64,000 nucleotides of DNA, from assembly GCF_024298765.1 (NCBI RefSeq), contig NZ_CP101210.1. One strand, written 5' to 3'. The notes beneath the pieces were generated by a model that saw nothing but the letters and a program-made list of their open reading frames with translations, was not told the DNA's origin and made no database searches. The translations under genes and the position numbers were made by a program. Source of the stretch: Escherichia coli (GTDB taxonomy: Bacteria; Pseudomonadota; Gammaproteobacteria; Enterobacterales; Enterobacteriaceae). Shown piece by piece: positions 11,218-22,496 of the stretch. The first letter of the stretch is position 1; every line of letters starts with the position of its first letter.

Positions 11218-13134
11218 TTATTTTTTGTCTTTGACTTCTTCAAATTCAGCGTCGACAACATCGTCATCTTTCGCGTTGTTTGCAGAAGCATCAGCACCGG
11301 CAGTCTGCTGCTGGGCATGTTGCTGCTGGGCGATTTCCATCAGTTTCTGGGAAACCTGTGCCAGTTCCTGCATTTTCGCTTCGATAGCGGCTTTGTCTTC
11401 ACCTTTCAGAGCAGTTTCCAGTGCAGTCAGTGCAGACTCGATAGCAGTTTTGTCGTCAGCCGGCAGTTTGTCGCCCGCTTCTTCAACCTGCTTACGGGTG
11501 CTGTGCAGCAGATGGTCGCCCTGGTTGCGAGTCTGTACCAGCTCTTCAAACTTACGGTCAGCTTCGGCGTTAGCTTCTGCGTCGCGTACCATTTTCTGGA
11601 TTTCATCTTCGTTCAGACCAGAAGAAGCCTTGATGGTGATCTTCTGCTCTTTACCGCTGTTTTTATCTTTCGCGGAAACGTGCAGGATACCGTCAGCATC
11701 GATATCGAAGGTAACTTCGATCTGCGGCATGCCGCGCGGTGCCGGGTTGATACCATCCAGGTTGAACTGACCCAGAGATTTGTTATCAGCTGCACGTTTA
11801 CGTTCACCCTGCAGCACGTGGATGGTTACCGCAGACTGGTTGTCTTCAGCGGTAGAGAACACCTGGCTGTGCTTGGTCGGGATAGTGGTGTTTTTCGCGA
11901 TCAGCGTCGTCATCACACCGCCCATGGTTTCGATACCCAGAGACAGCGGGGTAACGTCCAGCAGCAGTACGTCTTTTACGTCACCAGTCAGAACACCACC
12001 CTGAACAGCAGCACCGATTGCTACAGCTTCGTCCGGGTTAACGTCTTTACGCGGCTCTTTACCAAAGAACTCAGCAACTTTCTTCTGAACCATTGGCATA
12101 CGAGTCTGACCACCAACGAGGATAACGTCGTCGATATCAGATACGGACAGGCCAGCGTCCTGCAGTGCAACTTTCAGCGGCTCAATGGAACGGTTTACCA
12201 GATCTTCAACCAGGCTTTCCAGTTTCGCACGAGTCACTTTGATGTTCATGTGTTTCGGACCGGTCGCGTCTGCAGTGATGTACGGCAGGTTAACGTCGGT
12301 CTGCTGAGCGGAAGACAGCTCGATTTTCGCTTTTTCTGCCGCTTCTTTCAGGCGCTGCATTGCCAGCGGATCGTTGCGCAGGTCAATGCCCTGATCTTTC
12401 TTGAATTCTTCAACCAGGTAGTTGATCAGACGGCTGTCGAAGTCTTCACCACCCAGGTGGGTATCACCGTTGGTTGCCAGAACTTCGAAGGTTTTTTCGC
12501 CGTCAACTTCGTCGATTTCGATAATAGAAATATCGAAAGTACCACCACCCAGGTCATAAACCGCGATAGTACGGTTGCCAGTACCTTTGTCCAGACCGTA
12601 AGCCAGCGCAGCTGCGGTCGGTTCGTTGATGATACGTTTTACTTCCAGACCAGCGATACGGCCTGCGTCTTTGGTTGCCTGACGCTGAGCATCGTTAAAG
12701 TATGCCGGTACGGTGATAACAGCTTCAGTTACCGGTTCACCCAGGTAATCTTCAGCGGTTTTCTTCATTTTTTTCAGCACTTCAGCAGAGATCTGCGGCG
12801 GTGCCATTTTCTGGCCTTTAACTTCGACCCATGCGTCGCCGTTATCAGCAGCAATAATTTTGAACGGCATGATGGAAACATCACGCTGTACTTCTTCGTC
12901 CTGGAAGCGGCGGCCAATCAGGCGTTTAATCGCAAACAGGGTGTTTTGCGGGTTCGTCACTGCCTGACGTTTAGCCGGCTGACCAACCAGAGTTTCACCA
13001 TCCTGGGTATAGGCAATGATAGAAGGCGTGGTGCGATCGCCTTCGGCGTTCTCCAGTACACGAGGAGTGGTGCCATCCATAATCGCTACACAAGAGTTGG
13101 TAGTACCCAGGTCGATACCAATTATTTTACCCAT
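11218..13134 (-). CDS. dnaK: chaperone DnaK (Hsp70)
   Basis: 638 aa [21 protein letters not shown]... with Hsp70 signatures. Confidence 0.98.
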
Positions 13135-13179
13135 CTAAACGTCTCCACTATATATTCGGTCATCATGTGGTTGTGAGTC

Positions 13180-13292
13180 TGTAATAGGGGCGAAACGTCT
13201 GGTTTCAACTGCCCAATTTCATTTTTTTGCAGACTCACTCACTGCGGTTGACTACTAAATGGGGTCGTAACCCACGTCATCAAGGGGGAGAT
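13180..13292 (-). promoter_or_regulatory. sigma-32 heat-shock promoters P1 and P2 of dnaK
   Basis: On the minus strand: CCCCCTTGATGACGTG ... CCCCATTT (P1) and GTTGAAACC ... CCCCTATTA (P2), matching the sigma-32 consensus CTTGAAA / CCCCATNT. Confidence 0.7.
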
Positions 13293-13509
13293 GCAAAAAT
13301 TTTTTGTGCTTTTGCGCAGAAATTTCGCGATATGCCAGAACAAGACATGAAACTGACAGCAATTTTATTCATATAGAGAATGAATAGCAGACAAGACATT
13401 CATAGAAAAATTGTAATAAAAAGAAAATATTACGTACCTGAATCTTCTCTTTATCAGCAGTAAACTAGTGGGTATTCATCCCCTACCTCTCCCCACTAAG
13501 AGAATCCTT

Positions 13510-13914
13510 ATGAAATCCGTTTTTACGCTTTCCGCCAGCCTGGCGATTAGCCTGCTGCTGTGCTGCACGGCGCAGGCAAACGACCATAAAATCCTCGGCG
13601 TCATTGCAATGCCACGTAACGAAACCAACGATCTGGCGCTGAAACTTCCTGTTTGCCGAATTGTTAAACGCATACAACTCTCAGCCGACCATGGCGATTT
13701 ACAGTTAAGCGGTGCATCGGTTTATTTCAAAGCCGCCCGTAGCGCCAGTCAGACCCTGAATATTCCTTCAGAAATAAAAGAAGGGCAAACCACTGACTGG
13801 ATCAACATTAACAGCGATAACGACAATAAACGCTGCGTCTCAAAAATCACCTTTTCTGGTCATACGGTGAACTCATCGGATATGGCCACGCTGAAAATTA
13901 TCGGCGACGACTAA
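13510..13914 (+). CDS. yaaI: DUF2541 family secreted protein YaaI
   Basis: ORF 13468..13914; likely start [23 protein letters not shown] (signal peptide); 134 aa. Confidence 0.8.
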   Translation: MKSVFTLSASLAISLLLCCTAQANDHKILGVIAMPRNETNDLALKLPVCRIVKRIQLSADHGDLQLSGASVYFKAARSASQTLNIPSEIKEGQTTDWININSDNDNKRCVSKITFSGHTVNSSDMATLKIIGDD

Positions 13915-13939
13915 CGCCAGAATATAGAAGCCACAAAAA

Positions 13940-14653
13940 ATGAATGTTAATTACCTGAATGATTCAGATCTGGATTTTCTCCAGCATTGTAGTGAGGAAC
14001 AATTGGCAAATTTCGCCCGATTGCTCACCCATAATGAAAAAGGCAAAACTCGCCTCTCCAGCGTACTGATGCGCAACGAACTGTTTAAATCGATGGAGGG
14101 ACATCCCGAGCAACATCGCCGCAACTGGCAGCTGATTGCCGGAGAATTACAGCATTTTGGTGGCGATAGTATCGCCAACAAACTGCGTGGACACGGTAAA
14201 TTGTATCGGGCCATTTTGCTCGATGTTTCAAAGCGATTGAAGCTGAAAGCCGACAAAGAGATGTCTACGTTTGAGATTGAGCAACAGTTACTGGAACAAT
14301 TTCTGCGTAACACCTGGAAGAAAATGGACGAGGAACATAAGCAGGAGTTTCTGCACGCGGTCGATGCCAGGGTGAATGAGCTGGAAGAGCTGCTGCCGCT
14401 GCTGATGAAAGACAAATTATTGGCAAAAGGCGTGTCGCATTTGCTTTCCAGCCAATTGACCCGCATTTTACGCACCCACGCAGCAATGAGCGTACTTGGG
14501 CATGGTTTGCTGCGCGGCGCGGGTCTGGGAGGCCCTGTAGGCGCGGCACTAAATGGGGTTAAAGCGGTCAGCGGCATTGCCTATCGCGTGACAATTCCAG
14601 CCGTACTGCAAATCGCCTGCCTGCGCCGGATGGTTAGTGCCACTCAGGTCTGA
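13940..14653 (+). CDS. mbiA: uncharacterised protein YaaW (MbiA)
   Basis: 237 aa MNVNYLNDSDLDFLQHCSEEQLANFARLL... Confidence 0.8.
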   Translation: MNVNYLNDSDLDFLQHCSEEQLANFARLLTHNEKGKTRLSSVLMRNELFKSMEGHPEQHRRNWQLIAGELQHFGGDSIANKLRGHGKLYRAILLDVSKRLKLKADKEMSTFEIEQQLLEQFLRNTWKKMDEEHKQEFLHAVDARVNELEELLPLLMKDKLLAKGVSHLLSSQLTRILRTHAAMSVLGHGLLRGAGLGGPVGAALNGVKAVSGIAYRVTIPAVLQIACLRRMVSATQV

Positions 14654-14801
14654 TACCGGAAACCGGGGAAAATTTTCATTTTCCCCTCAAAAGATCGTAG
14701 ACACTGCCCCACTGGCTGATTATTATGCCGCGCCCTGAAAACACTACAGTTATTCAGGGAAATTATTTCACCATTCATTCGATGATGATTTTTGAGGAAT
14801 T

Positions 14802-15368
14802 ATGGGCAACACTAAGTTGGCTAATCCGGCACCGCTGGGCCTGATGGGCTTCGGCATGACCACCATTCTGCTTAACCTGCACAACGTGGGTTATTTTGCT
14901 CTGGACGGTATTATTCTTGCCATGGGCATTTTCTACGGCGGCATCGCGCAAATTTTTGCTGGTCTGCTGGAGTACAAAAAAGGCAACACTTTCGGTTTAA
15001 CCGCATTCACCTCTTACGGTTCTTTCTGGCTGACGCTGGTTGCGATTCTGCTGATGCCGAAACTGGGTCTGACCGATGCGCCAAATGCACAGTTCCTTGG
15101 TGTCTACCTAGGTCTGTGGGGCGTATTTACGCTGTTTATGTTCTTCGGCACGCTGAAAGGCGCACGCGTTCTGCAATTCGTTTTCTTTAGCCTGACCGTG
15201 CTGTTTGCCCTGCTGGCGATCGGTAACATTGCCGGTAACGCCGCAATCATCCACTTTGCCGGCTGGATTGGTCTGATCTGCGGTGCCAGCGCAATCTATC
15301 TGGCGATGGGTGAAGTACTGAACGAGCAGTTTGGTCGCACCGTTCTGCCGATTGGTGAATCCCACTAA
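14802..15368 (+). CDS. satP: acetate/succinate transporter SatP (YaaH; GPR1/FUN34 family)
   Basis: 188 aa MGNTKLANPAPLGLMGFGMTTILLNLHNVGY..., multi-pass membrane protein. Confidence 0.93.
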   Translation: MGNTKLANPAPLGLMGFGMTTILLNLHNVGYFALDGIILAMGIFYGGIAQIFAGLLEYKKGNTFGLTAFTSYGSFWLTLVAILLMPKLGLTDAPNAQFLGVYLGLWGVFTLFMFFGTLKGARVLQFVFFSLTVLFALLAIGNIAGNAAIIHFAGWIGLICGASAIYLAMGEVLNEQFGRTVLPIGESH

Positions 15369-15377
15369 TTGTTTTGA

Positions 15378-15406
15378 GATCCCCCCGCTCGGGGGGATTT
15401 TTTTAT
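15378..15406. terminator. bidirectional rho-independent terminator between satP and mog
   Basis: gatccccccgctcggggggatttttttatt: perfect G/C stem with a T-run on one side and A/T on the other. Confidence 0.65.
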
Positions 15407-15990
15407 TCGCTAACGTCGCGTCTTGCACTCTTCGGTCTGAATGCTGCAACCACTTCCGGTGCCGTTTCAATGTATGGCCCTTCCAGCAACTGAATGCAGT
15501 ACGGTACGCTGGCAAAAATACCATGCACCACAACGTTACCCGCAGCGTCCTTCACGCCTTCCAGCGTCTCTTTAATCGACTTCGGCTGACCGGGTAAGTT
15601 AAGGATCAGCGCCTGTTTGCGAATCACGCCCACCTGACGCGAAAGGATCGCAGTTGGTACAAAATGCAGGCTGATCTGGCGCATCTGTTCACCAAAGCCA
15701 GGCATCTCGCGGTCCGCTACTGCCAGCGTCGCATCGGGCGTTACGTCACGACGCGCCGGGCCAGTTCCGCCCGTGGTGAGCACCAGATGGCAACTCATTT
15801 CATCCACCAGCTCACACAACGTTTGCTCGATGATCGCCTGCTCATCGGGGATTAAGCGGGTTTCCAGTTCAAACGGCGTGGTTAGCGCCGATGTCAGCCA
15901 TTCTTCCAGCGCAGGGATGCCTTTATCCTGATAAACGCCGCTGGATGCGCGATCAGAGATGGAAACTAAGCCAATACGTAAAGTATTCAT
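15403..15990 (-). CDS. mog: molybdopterin adenylyltransferase Mog
   Basis: ORF 15403..15993; MNTLRIGLVSISDRASSGVY... from the second Met; 195 aa. Confidence 0.93.
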   Translation of the reverse strand: MNTLRIGLVSISDRASSGVYQDKGIPALEEWLTSALTTPFELETRLIPDEQAIIEQTLCELVDEMSCHLVLTTGGTGPARRDVTPDATLAVADREMPGFGEQMRQISLHFVPTAILSRQVGVIRKQALILNLPGQPKSIKETLEGVKDAAGNVVVHGIFASVPYCIQLLEGPYIETAPEVVAAFRPKSARRDVSE

Positions 15991-16104
15991 CAAGATTTTT
16001 CCGTTTAAACAGTCTCGTTAAACAGAATGATACACTGCGAAGGGAGTGACAGACAGGCTTCAGAAGAGGTAGCGTGACCGACTTCCCGGTCACGCTAAGA
16101 ATGA

Positions 16105-17058
16105 TTACAGCAGATCGCCGATCATTTTTTCCAGTTTTTCCTGGTCAACAGCAAACTTACGGATACCTTCCGCCAGTTTATCTACTGCCATTGGATCCTG
16201 GTTATGCTGCCACAGGAACTCGGACTCAGTGATACGCGCCGGACGCGCTTTCACTTCGCCGGTGTAAGACAGTTTACGTTCGATAGCCCCTTCGCTCTCA
16301 GCCAGCTCTTTCAGCAGTGCCGGTGCGATGGTCAGACGGTCGCAGCCTGCCAGTTCCAGAATTTCGCCGATGTTACGGAAGCTTGCGCCCATAACCACGG
16401 TTTCATAACCGTGCTCTTTGTAGTACTGGTAGATTTCAGATACAGAAACCACGCCTGGATCTTCTGCCGGAGCGTACTCTTTCTTATCGGTATTCGCTTT
16501 GTACCAGTCAAGAATACGGCCAACAAACGGCGAGATCAGGAACACGCCCGCTTCCGCACAAGCACGAGCCTGAGCGAAGGAGAACAGCAGGGTCAGGTTA
16601 CAGTTGATGCCTTCTTTTTCCAGCTGTTCTGCAGCACGGATACCCTGCCAGGTAGAAGCCAGTTTGATCAGAATACGATCGTTGCTAATCCCTGCATCGT
16701 TGTAGAGTTTGATCAGGCGTTTTGCTTTCGCAATTGACGCTTCGGTGTCATAGGAAAGACGCGCATCAACTTCAGTTGAGATACGGCCCGGAACCAGTTT
16801 CAGGATTTCCAGACCAATATTTACTGCCAGTTTGTCGGTCGCGTCCACGATCTGCTGCGCGCGATCGTTGCTCTGCTGTTTCGCCCAGGCGACAGCATCA
16901 TCAATCAACTTACGGTATTCCGGAATCTGCGCTGCGTTAAGAATGAGAGAAGGGTTGGTTGTGGCATCCTGCGGTTGATACAGCTTCATTGCCGCGATGT
17001 CCCCAGTGTCGGCCACTACGGTGGTGTACTGACGAAGGGAGGTCAATTTGTCCGTCAT
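16105..17058 (-). CDS. talB: transaldolase B
   Basis: ORF 16105..17121; known start [38 protein letters not shown] at an internal ATG; 317 aa. Confidence 0.96.
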
Positions 17059-17336
17059 GATAGTATTTCTCTTTAAACAGCTTGTTAGGGGGATGTAACC
17101 GGTCTGCCCTGATGATATCACGACGCAACGTCAGCGCAACCGCCGACAAGACGGTTATCGCCAGGCGAGACTGTTTCGGATTTCTGACACTGCGTTGATA
17201 TCGCCCGCCATTTTTATACAAAACCTCATGTATGCTACGCAGAAGTTATCAAGTACCTCGTAGCGTATATACTTCTTAAACAATTGGTAACGTTTACACA
17301 GGAAAGTCATCGCGACCGGCAATAAGAGGGATATGC

Positions 17337-18767
17337 ATGCCAGATTTTTTCTCCTTTATTAACAGCGTCCTTTGGGGATCGGTAATGATTTACCTGCTCT
17401 TCGGCGCAGGTTGTTGGTTCACTTTTCGTACCGGATTTGTGCAGTTTCGCTACATCCGCCAGTTTGGCAAAAGTCTTAAAAATAGCATTCATCCACAGCC
17501 AGGCGGTTTAACCTCATTTCAGTCATTGTGTACCAGTCTTGCGGCGCGCGTGGGTAGCGGCAACCTGGCTGGCGTTGCGCTGGCTATTACCGCCGGTGGA
17601 CCAGGTGCCGTCTTCTGGATGTGGGTTGCCGCGTTTATCGGCATGGCGACCTCGTTTGCCGAATGTTCCCTTGCACAACTTTATAAAGAACGTGACGTTA
17701 ATGGGCAGTTTCGTGGCGGACCGGCATGGTATATGGCGCGCGGGCTGGGGATGCGCTGGATGGGCGTTCTGTTCGCCCTCTTTTTGCTCATCGCCTACGG
17801 CATAATTTTCAGCGGAGTTCAGGCGAACGCCGTTGCCCGAGCCCTGAGTTTTTCTTTTGATTTTCCCCCGCTGGTGACAGGCATTATTCTTGCTGTCTTT
17901 GCTCTGCTGGCAATCACTCGCGGTCTTTATGGCGTCGCCCGGCTCATGCAGGGGTTTGTCCCGTTGATGGCGATAATCTGGGTACTGACCAGCCTGGTAA
18001 TTTGCGTAATGAATATCGGGCAACTTCCCCACGTCATTTGGTCTATTTTTGAGAGTGCTTTTGGCTGGCAGGAAGCGGCAGGCGGCGCGGCGGGATATAC
18101 CTTAAGCCAGGCGATTACTAACGGTTTTCAGCGCAGTATGTTTTCCAATGAGGCGGGAATGGGGTCGACGCCAAACGCGGCAGCGGCAGCTGCGTCCTGG
18201 CCTCCGCATCCCGCAGCGCAAGGGATTGTCCAGATGATTGGCATTTTTATCGACACCCTGGTCATCTGTACGGCAAGCGCCATGCTGATATTACTGGCGG
18301 GTAACGGCACAACCTACATGCCGCTGGAAGGTATTCAGCTTATCCAGAAGGCGATGCGGGTGCTAATGGGCTCCTGGGGTGCGGAGTTTGTTACCCTCGT
18401 GGTTATTCTGTTTGCCTTCAGCTCCATCGTTGCCAACTACATTTATGCCGAAAACAATCTCTTCTTCTTACGCCTGAACAACCCTAAAGCGATCTGGTGT
18501 CTGCGAATCTGCACCTTCGCAACGGTCATCGGCGGCACCTTGCTAAGTCTTCCGCTGATGTGGCAACTGGCAGATATCATAATGGCCTGCATGGCTATTA
18601 CCAATTTGACCGCCATTTTACTGCTCTCGCCTGTGGTTCATACCATTGCCAGTGATTATCTACGCCAGCGTAAACTCGGCGTGCGCCCGGTGTTTGATCC
18701 GTTGCGTTATCCGGATATCAGTCGCCAGCTTTCTCCGGACGCGTGGGATGATGTTTCGCAGGAGTAA
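17337..18767 (+). CDS. yaaJ: alanine/glycine:cation symporter family transporter YaaJ
   Basis: 476 aa polytopic membrane protein MPDFFSFINSVLWGSVMIYLLFGAG... Confidence 0.9.
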   Translation: MPDFFSFINSVLWGSVMIYLLFGAGCWFTFRTGFVQFRYIRQFGKSLKNSIHPQPGGLTSFQSLCTSLAARVGSGNLAGVALAITAGGPGAVFWMWVAAFIGMATSFAECSLAQLYKERDVNGQFRGGPAWYMARGLGMRWMGVLFALFLLIAYGIIFSGVQANAVARALSFSFDFPPLVTGIILAVFALLAITRGLYGVARLMQGFVPLMAIIWVLTSLVICVMNIGQLPHVIWSIFESAFGWQEAAGGAAGYTLSQAITNGFQRSMFSNEAGMGSTPNAAAAAASWPPHPAAQGIVQMIGIFIDTLVICTASAMLILLAGNGTTYMPLEGIQLIQKAMRVLMGSWGAEFVTLVVILFAFSSIVANYIYAENNLFFLRLNNPKAIWCLRICTFATVIGGTLLSLPLMWQLADIIMACMAITNLTAILLLSPVVHTIASDYLRQRKLGVRPVFDPLRYPDISRQLSPDAWDDVSQE

Positions 18768-18836
18768 TCACAACTATCGATCAACTCATTCTCTTTTTTT
18801 GCTAAAGTCGGCATAAATTTCCTGCAAGGACTGGAT

Positions 18837-19613
18837 ATGCTGATTCTTATTTCACCTGCGAAAACGCTCGATTACCAAAGCCCGTTGCCCACCACGCGCT
18901 ATACGCTGCCGGAGCTGTTAGACAATTCCCAGCAGTTGATCCATGAAGCGCGGAAACTGACGCCTCCGCAGATTAGCACGCTGATGCGCATCAGCGACAA
19001 ACTGGCGGGTATCAACGCCGCTCGCTTTCATGACTGGCAGCCAGATTTCACGCCAGAGAATGCCCGACAAGCGATTCTGGCATTTAAAGGTGATGTCTAT
19101 ACTGGCTTGCAGGCCGAAACCTTCAGCGAAGACGATTTCGATTTTGCCCAACAGCATTTGCGAATGCTTTCCGGCTTGTATGGCGTACTGCGCCCGCTCG
19201 ATTTAATGCAGCCTTATCGTCTGGAAATGGGGATCCGTCTTGAGAATGCCCGAGGGAAAGATCTGTATCAATTCTGGGGAGATATCATCACCAACAAGCT
19301 GAACGAGGCGCTCGCAGCACAAGGCGATAATGTGGTGATTAATCTGGCGTCAGATGAGTATTTTAAATCGGTGAAGCCGAAGAAATTGAATGCCGAGATT
19401 ATCAAGCCGGTGTTCCTCGATGAGAAGAACGGCAAATTTAAGATCATCAGCTTCTACGCTAAGAAAGCACGCGGTCTGATGAGTCGTTTCATTATTGAAA
19501 ATCGGCTGACCAAACCAGAGCAACTGACTGGTTTTAATAGCGAAGGTTACTTCTTTGATGAAGCTTCCTCCAGCAACGGCGAACTGGTGTTTAAACGCTA
19601 CGAGCAGCGTTAA
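18837..19613 (+). CDS. yaaA: peroxide stress resistance protein YaaA (DUF328)
   Basis: 258 aa [28 protein letters not shown]... Confidence 0.92.
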   Translation: MLILISPAKTLDYQSPLPTTRYTLPELLDNSQQLIHEARKLTPPQISTLMRISDKLAGINAARFHDWQPDFTPENARQAILAFKGDVYTGLQAETFSEDDFDFAQQHLRMLSGLYGVLRPLDLMQPYRLEMGIRLENARGKDLYQFWGDIITNKLNEALAAQGDNVVINLASDEYFKSVKPKKLNAEIIKPVFLDEKNGKFKIISFYAKKARGLMSRFIIENRLTKPEQLTGFNSEGYFFDEASSSNGELVFKRYEQR

Positions 19614-19625
19614 GTTTGTAGCCAA

Positions 19626-19760
19626 TGCCGGATGCGGCGTGAACGCCTTATCCGGCCTACAAAAGCATGCAGATTCAATATATTGCAGAATTAACGTAGG
19701 CCTGATAAGACGCGCCAGCGTCGCATCAGGCGCTGAATGCCGGATTGTTACCCGGCATTT
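19626..19760. repeat. REP elements in inverted orientation (BIME-like) between yaaA and yaaX
   Basis: gccggatgcggcgtgaacgccttatccggcctac and the inverted copy gtaggcctgataagacgcgccagcgtcgcatcaggc. Confidence 0.8.
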
Positions 19761-19765
19761 GTCAT

Positions 19766-20062
19766 TTAGCGGTGATGTTTGCCTGGACCATGACCGCCGT
19801 GATGATCATGAGGAGCTTTCTTATGGTGGCGCGGCGGTGGCGGCGGTCCGTGTGGGTGCCAGCGATTGCCTCGCCATTCATAATGTTGTTTCCACCAGCC
19901 GTGGTCGCGCCAGTGACCGCCATCCCAGTAATAGCCACGATTATCACGATCGCCTATCTGTAATTTTACTGACGGGACTAGCGTAATTTCCGCAGCCTGC
20001 GCTGCCATGGGAGCGACCAGAACCAGGGAAAGTGCGAGTACGATAGATTGCATCTTTTTCAC
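19766..20062 (-). CDS. yaaX: DUF2502 family secreted protein YaaX with His/Pro/Gly-rich C-terminal tail
   Basis: 98 aa [23 protein letters not shown] (signal peptide) ... [30 protein letters not shown]. Confidence 0.85.
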   Translation of the reverse strand: MKKMQSIVLALSLVLVAPMAAQAAEITLVPSVKLQIGDRDNRGYYWDGGHWRDHGWWKQHYEWRGNRWHPHGPPPPPRHHKKAPHDHHGGHGPGKHHR

Positions 20063-20275
20063 AGGTTACTCCTTTTATCATTGCCCGTTATGGGTCGATA
20101 TCCGGAGATTACGCGATGAGAACGGCAGTTGTTATTCTCCGCAATCCTAATCTCTAAGTTACCGCATTTATTGAGAATTTCTCCTTTTTCCCTGTCGTTT
20201 TTCTCCATATTTTCTTCATAAAAAAGCCGGGCTGCATAAAAGCAAACCCGGCCTGATTGAGATAATGAATAGACG

Positions 20276-21562
20276 TTACTGATGATTCATCATCAATTTA
20301 CGCAACGCAGCAAAATCGGCGGGCAGGTTATGCGAAAGCAAGGGTAAATCAGCACGTTCTGCCAGCTCTTTTGGCAGATCCAACGTTTCACCGAGAATCG
20401 CTTCCACGCTCTCTTTAAATTTCGCCGGATGCGCGGTGCCGAGGAACAAGCCATATTCGCCTGGATTCAACTGGTCACGCAGCGCACGATAAGCTACGGC
20501 AGCGTGCGGCTCCGAGGTATAGCCCAGTTCTTTTAACTCACGCATTGTCTGTTGCGTGGTTTCATCATCCACGGCTGCATACCCCAGCTCTTTCAGTTGC
20601 CAGATTTTGCGGCGGAACAACTCTTCCACACGCGGCCAGTTGTTTGGCTGGCTAACATCCATCGCATTGGATAACGTCGCCTGAGTCGCTTTGGGTGACC
20701 ACTGACCGTCGTGCAGGAAACGTGGCACGGTATCGTTCACGTTGGTCGCAGCAATAAAACGTTTCACCGGCAGACCGAGTGACTTCGCCAGCAGACCCGC
20801 CGTCAAATCGCCGAAGTTTCCGCTTGGCACCGAGACAACCAGCTGGTTGCGCGCTTCCTGCGGCAGCTGCGCAACAGCTTCAAAGTAGTAGCAAATCTGC
20901 GCCAGCAAACGGCTGATGTTAATCGAGTTAGCTGAGTTTAGCCCCAGCGCCACTTTCAGTTCTTCATCATCAAACGCCTGCTTCACCAGCGCCTGACAGG
21001 CATCGAAATCGCCGTCGATGGCAACAGTTTCAATATTGCCGCCCAATGTACAGAACAGTTTTTCTTGCAGTGGACTGATTTTGCCTCGTGGATAGAGGAT
21101 AACCACTTTCACATTCGGCAAACCGTAGAAAGCATGAGCCACTGCCGCTCCGGTATCACCGGAGGTCGCGGTCAGAATGGTCACTGGCTTATCGCCCGCA
21201 ATATGGGTCAGCATTTGTGCCATAAAGCGACCGCCGAAATCTTTAAATGCCAGCGTTGGCCCGTGAAACAACTCCAGACAACCGACATCGCTTTCAACAT
21301 TGGCGACCGGAGCCGGGAAGGCAAACGCCGCGCGTACGCGCTCTTCCAGGATTTCCTGCGGGATTTCATCACCAATAAACGCCGAGAGGATCTTCGCACT
21401 GCGGGTGACAAAATCCAGCTTCAGCATCTCATCAATTTCAGTCAGGCTGAATTCCGGCAGGTCGTGCGGGAAAAACAGCCCCTGATTTTTGCCCAACCCC
21501 TGGGTTACGGCTTGCGCAAAGCTGACCTGCTCATTGTGATCTTTCAGATTGTAGAGTTTCAT
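20276..21562 (-). CDS. thrC: threonine synthase
   Basis: 428 aa MKLYNLKDHNEQVSFAQAVTQGLGKNQGLFFPHDLPEF... Confidence 0.97.
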   Translation of the reverse strand: MKLYNLKDHNEQVSFAQAVTQGLGKNQGLFFPHDLPEFSLTEIDEMLKLDFVTRSAKILSAFIGDEIPQEILEERVRAAFAFPAPVANVESDVGCLELFHGPTLAFKDFGGRFMAQMLTHIAGDKPVTILTATSGDTGAAVAHAFYGLPNVKVVILYPRGKISPLQEKLFCTLGGNIETVAIDGDFDACQALVKQAFDDEELKVALGLNSANSINISRLLAQICYYFEAVAQLPQEARNQLVVSVPSGNFGDLTAGLLAKSLGLPVKRFIAATNVNDTVPRFLHDGQWSPKATQATLSNAMDVSQPNNWPRVEELFRRKIWQLKELGYAAVDDETTQQTMRELKELGYTSEPHAAVAYRALRDQLNPGEYGLFLGTAHPAKFKESVEAILGETLDLPKELAERADLPLLSHNLPADFAALRKLMMNHQ

Positions 21563-22495
21563 TTAGTTTTCCAGTACTCGTGCGCCCGCCGTATCCAGCC
21601 GGCAAATATGAACAAAACCTTCCTGATTTTGCAGGTAGTTCTTACCCAACCAGTCGGCAACGCGCTGGGCGGTATCCGGCTTGTCACACAGAGCGAACAA
21701 AGTCGGGCCGGAGCCGGAGATACCGCTCGCTACCGCGCCGATTTCCGCGACCGCCTGCCGCGCCTGCCGGAAGCCTGGCAGTAACCGTTCACGGTAGGGT
21801 TCAGCGATAACATCTTTCATCAGCTTCGCGGCAAGCTCAGGCTGACGGGAATAGCAGGCGTGAATAAAGCCTGCCAGATGTCGCCCGTGCGCAATGCAAT
21901 CCTGGCGGCGATACTGCGCTGGTAAAATAGCCCGGGCTTCTGCCGTCGAGACTTTAATCCCCGGATACGCCAGCACCCACAGCCACTCATCAAACCCTGG
22001 CACTTGCTGGCTGATGATGTCGTTTTCTTCGATCATCAACTGCATACCACCGAGAAAACACGGTGCCACGTTGTCGTAATGAATGCTGCCGGAGATACGG
22101 CCTTCCAGCTCGCCCATCAAAGCCAGCAAACGAGTGTCATTAAGCGGCTTGCCGCAGTGTTCATTCATCGCCATCAGCGCCGCGACCACCGAACAGGCAC
22201 TGGAGCCTAAGCCCGAACCGATCGGCATATTCTTTTCCAGGGTCATCGCCACTGGAATTTGCTTACCCAGTTCCTGGCAAAAACGCTCCCAGCACTGATA
22301 AACGATATTTTCCCGAGGTTCTGACGGCAGCTTATCGGCAAAGCGTCCGAGGTTATTGAGACTGAATGTCTCTGCCGCCTCAACCGTGACTACATCTCCG
22401 AGCAATGCACCATCAACGGGTGTCACCGCCGCCCCGAGCACATCAAACCCGACGCTCATATTGGCACTGGAAGCCGGGGCATAAACTTTAACCAT
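21563..22495 (-). CDS. thrB: homoserine kinase
   Basis: 310 aa [24 protein letters not shown]..., GHMP kinase motif [10 protein letters not shown]. Confidence 0.97.
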
Positions 22496-22496
22496 G

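Noticed and set aside
11140-13176. 678-aa ORF on the plus strand
   Set aside because: Entirely antisense to dnaK; low-complexity, stop-free shadow frame of a highly expressed GC-biased gene with no independent RBS or domain signature.
13951-14577. 208-aa minus-strand ORF overlapping mbiA (position of the historical htgA annotation)
   Set aside because: Ser/Cys/Pro-rich low-complexity translation fully overlapping a sense gene; treated as non-coding.
17523-18032. 169-aa minus-strand ORF rich in His/Gln/Gly
   Set aside because: Lies inside yaaJ on the opposite strand; shadow ORF.
19615-19760. Repeated palindromic units considered as a possible CRISPR array (also at 48165-48245 and 51684-51900)
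   Set aside because: The units are REP/BIME palindromes (gccggatgcggcg...ccggcctac) with irregular spacing and no unique spacers or nearby cas genes.
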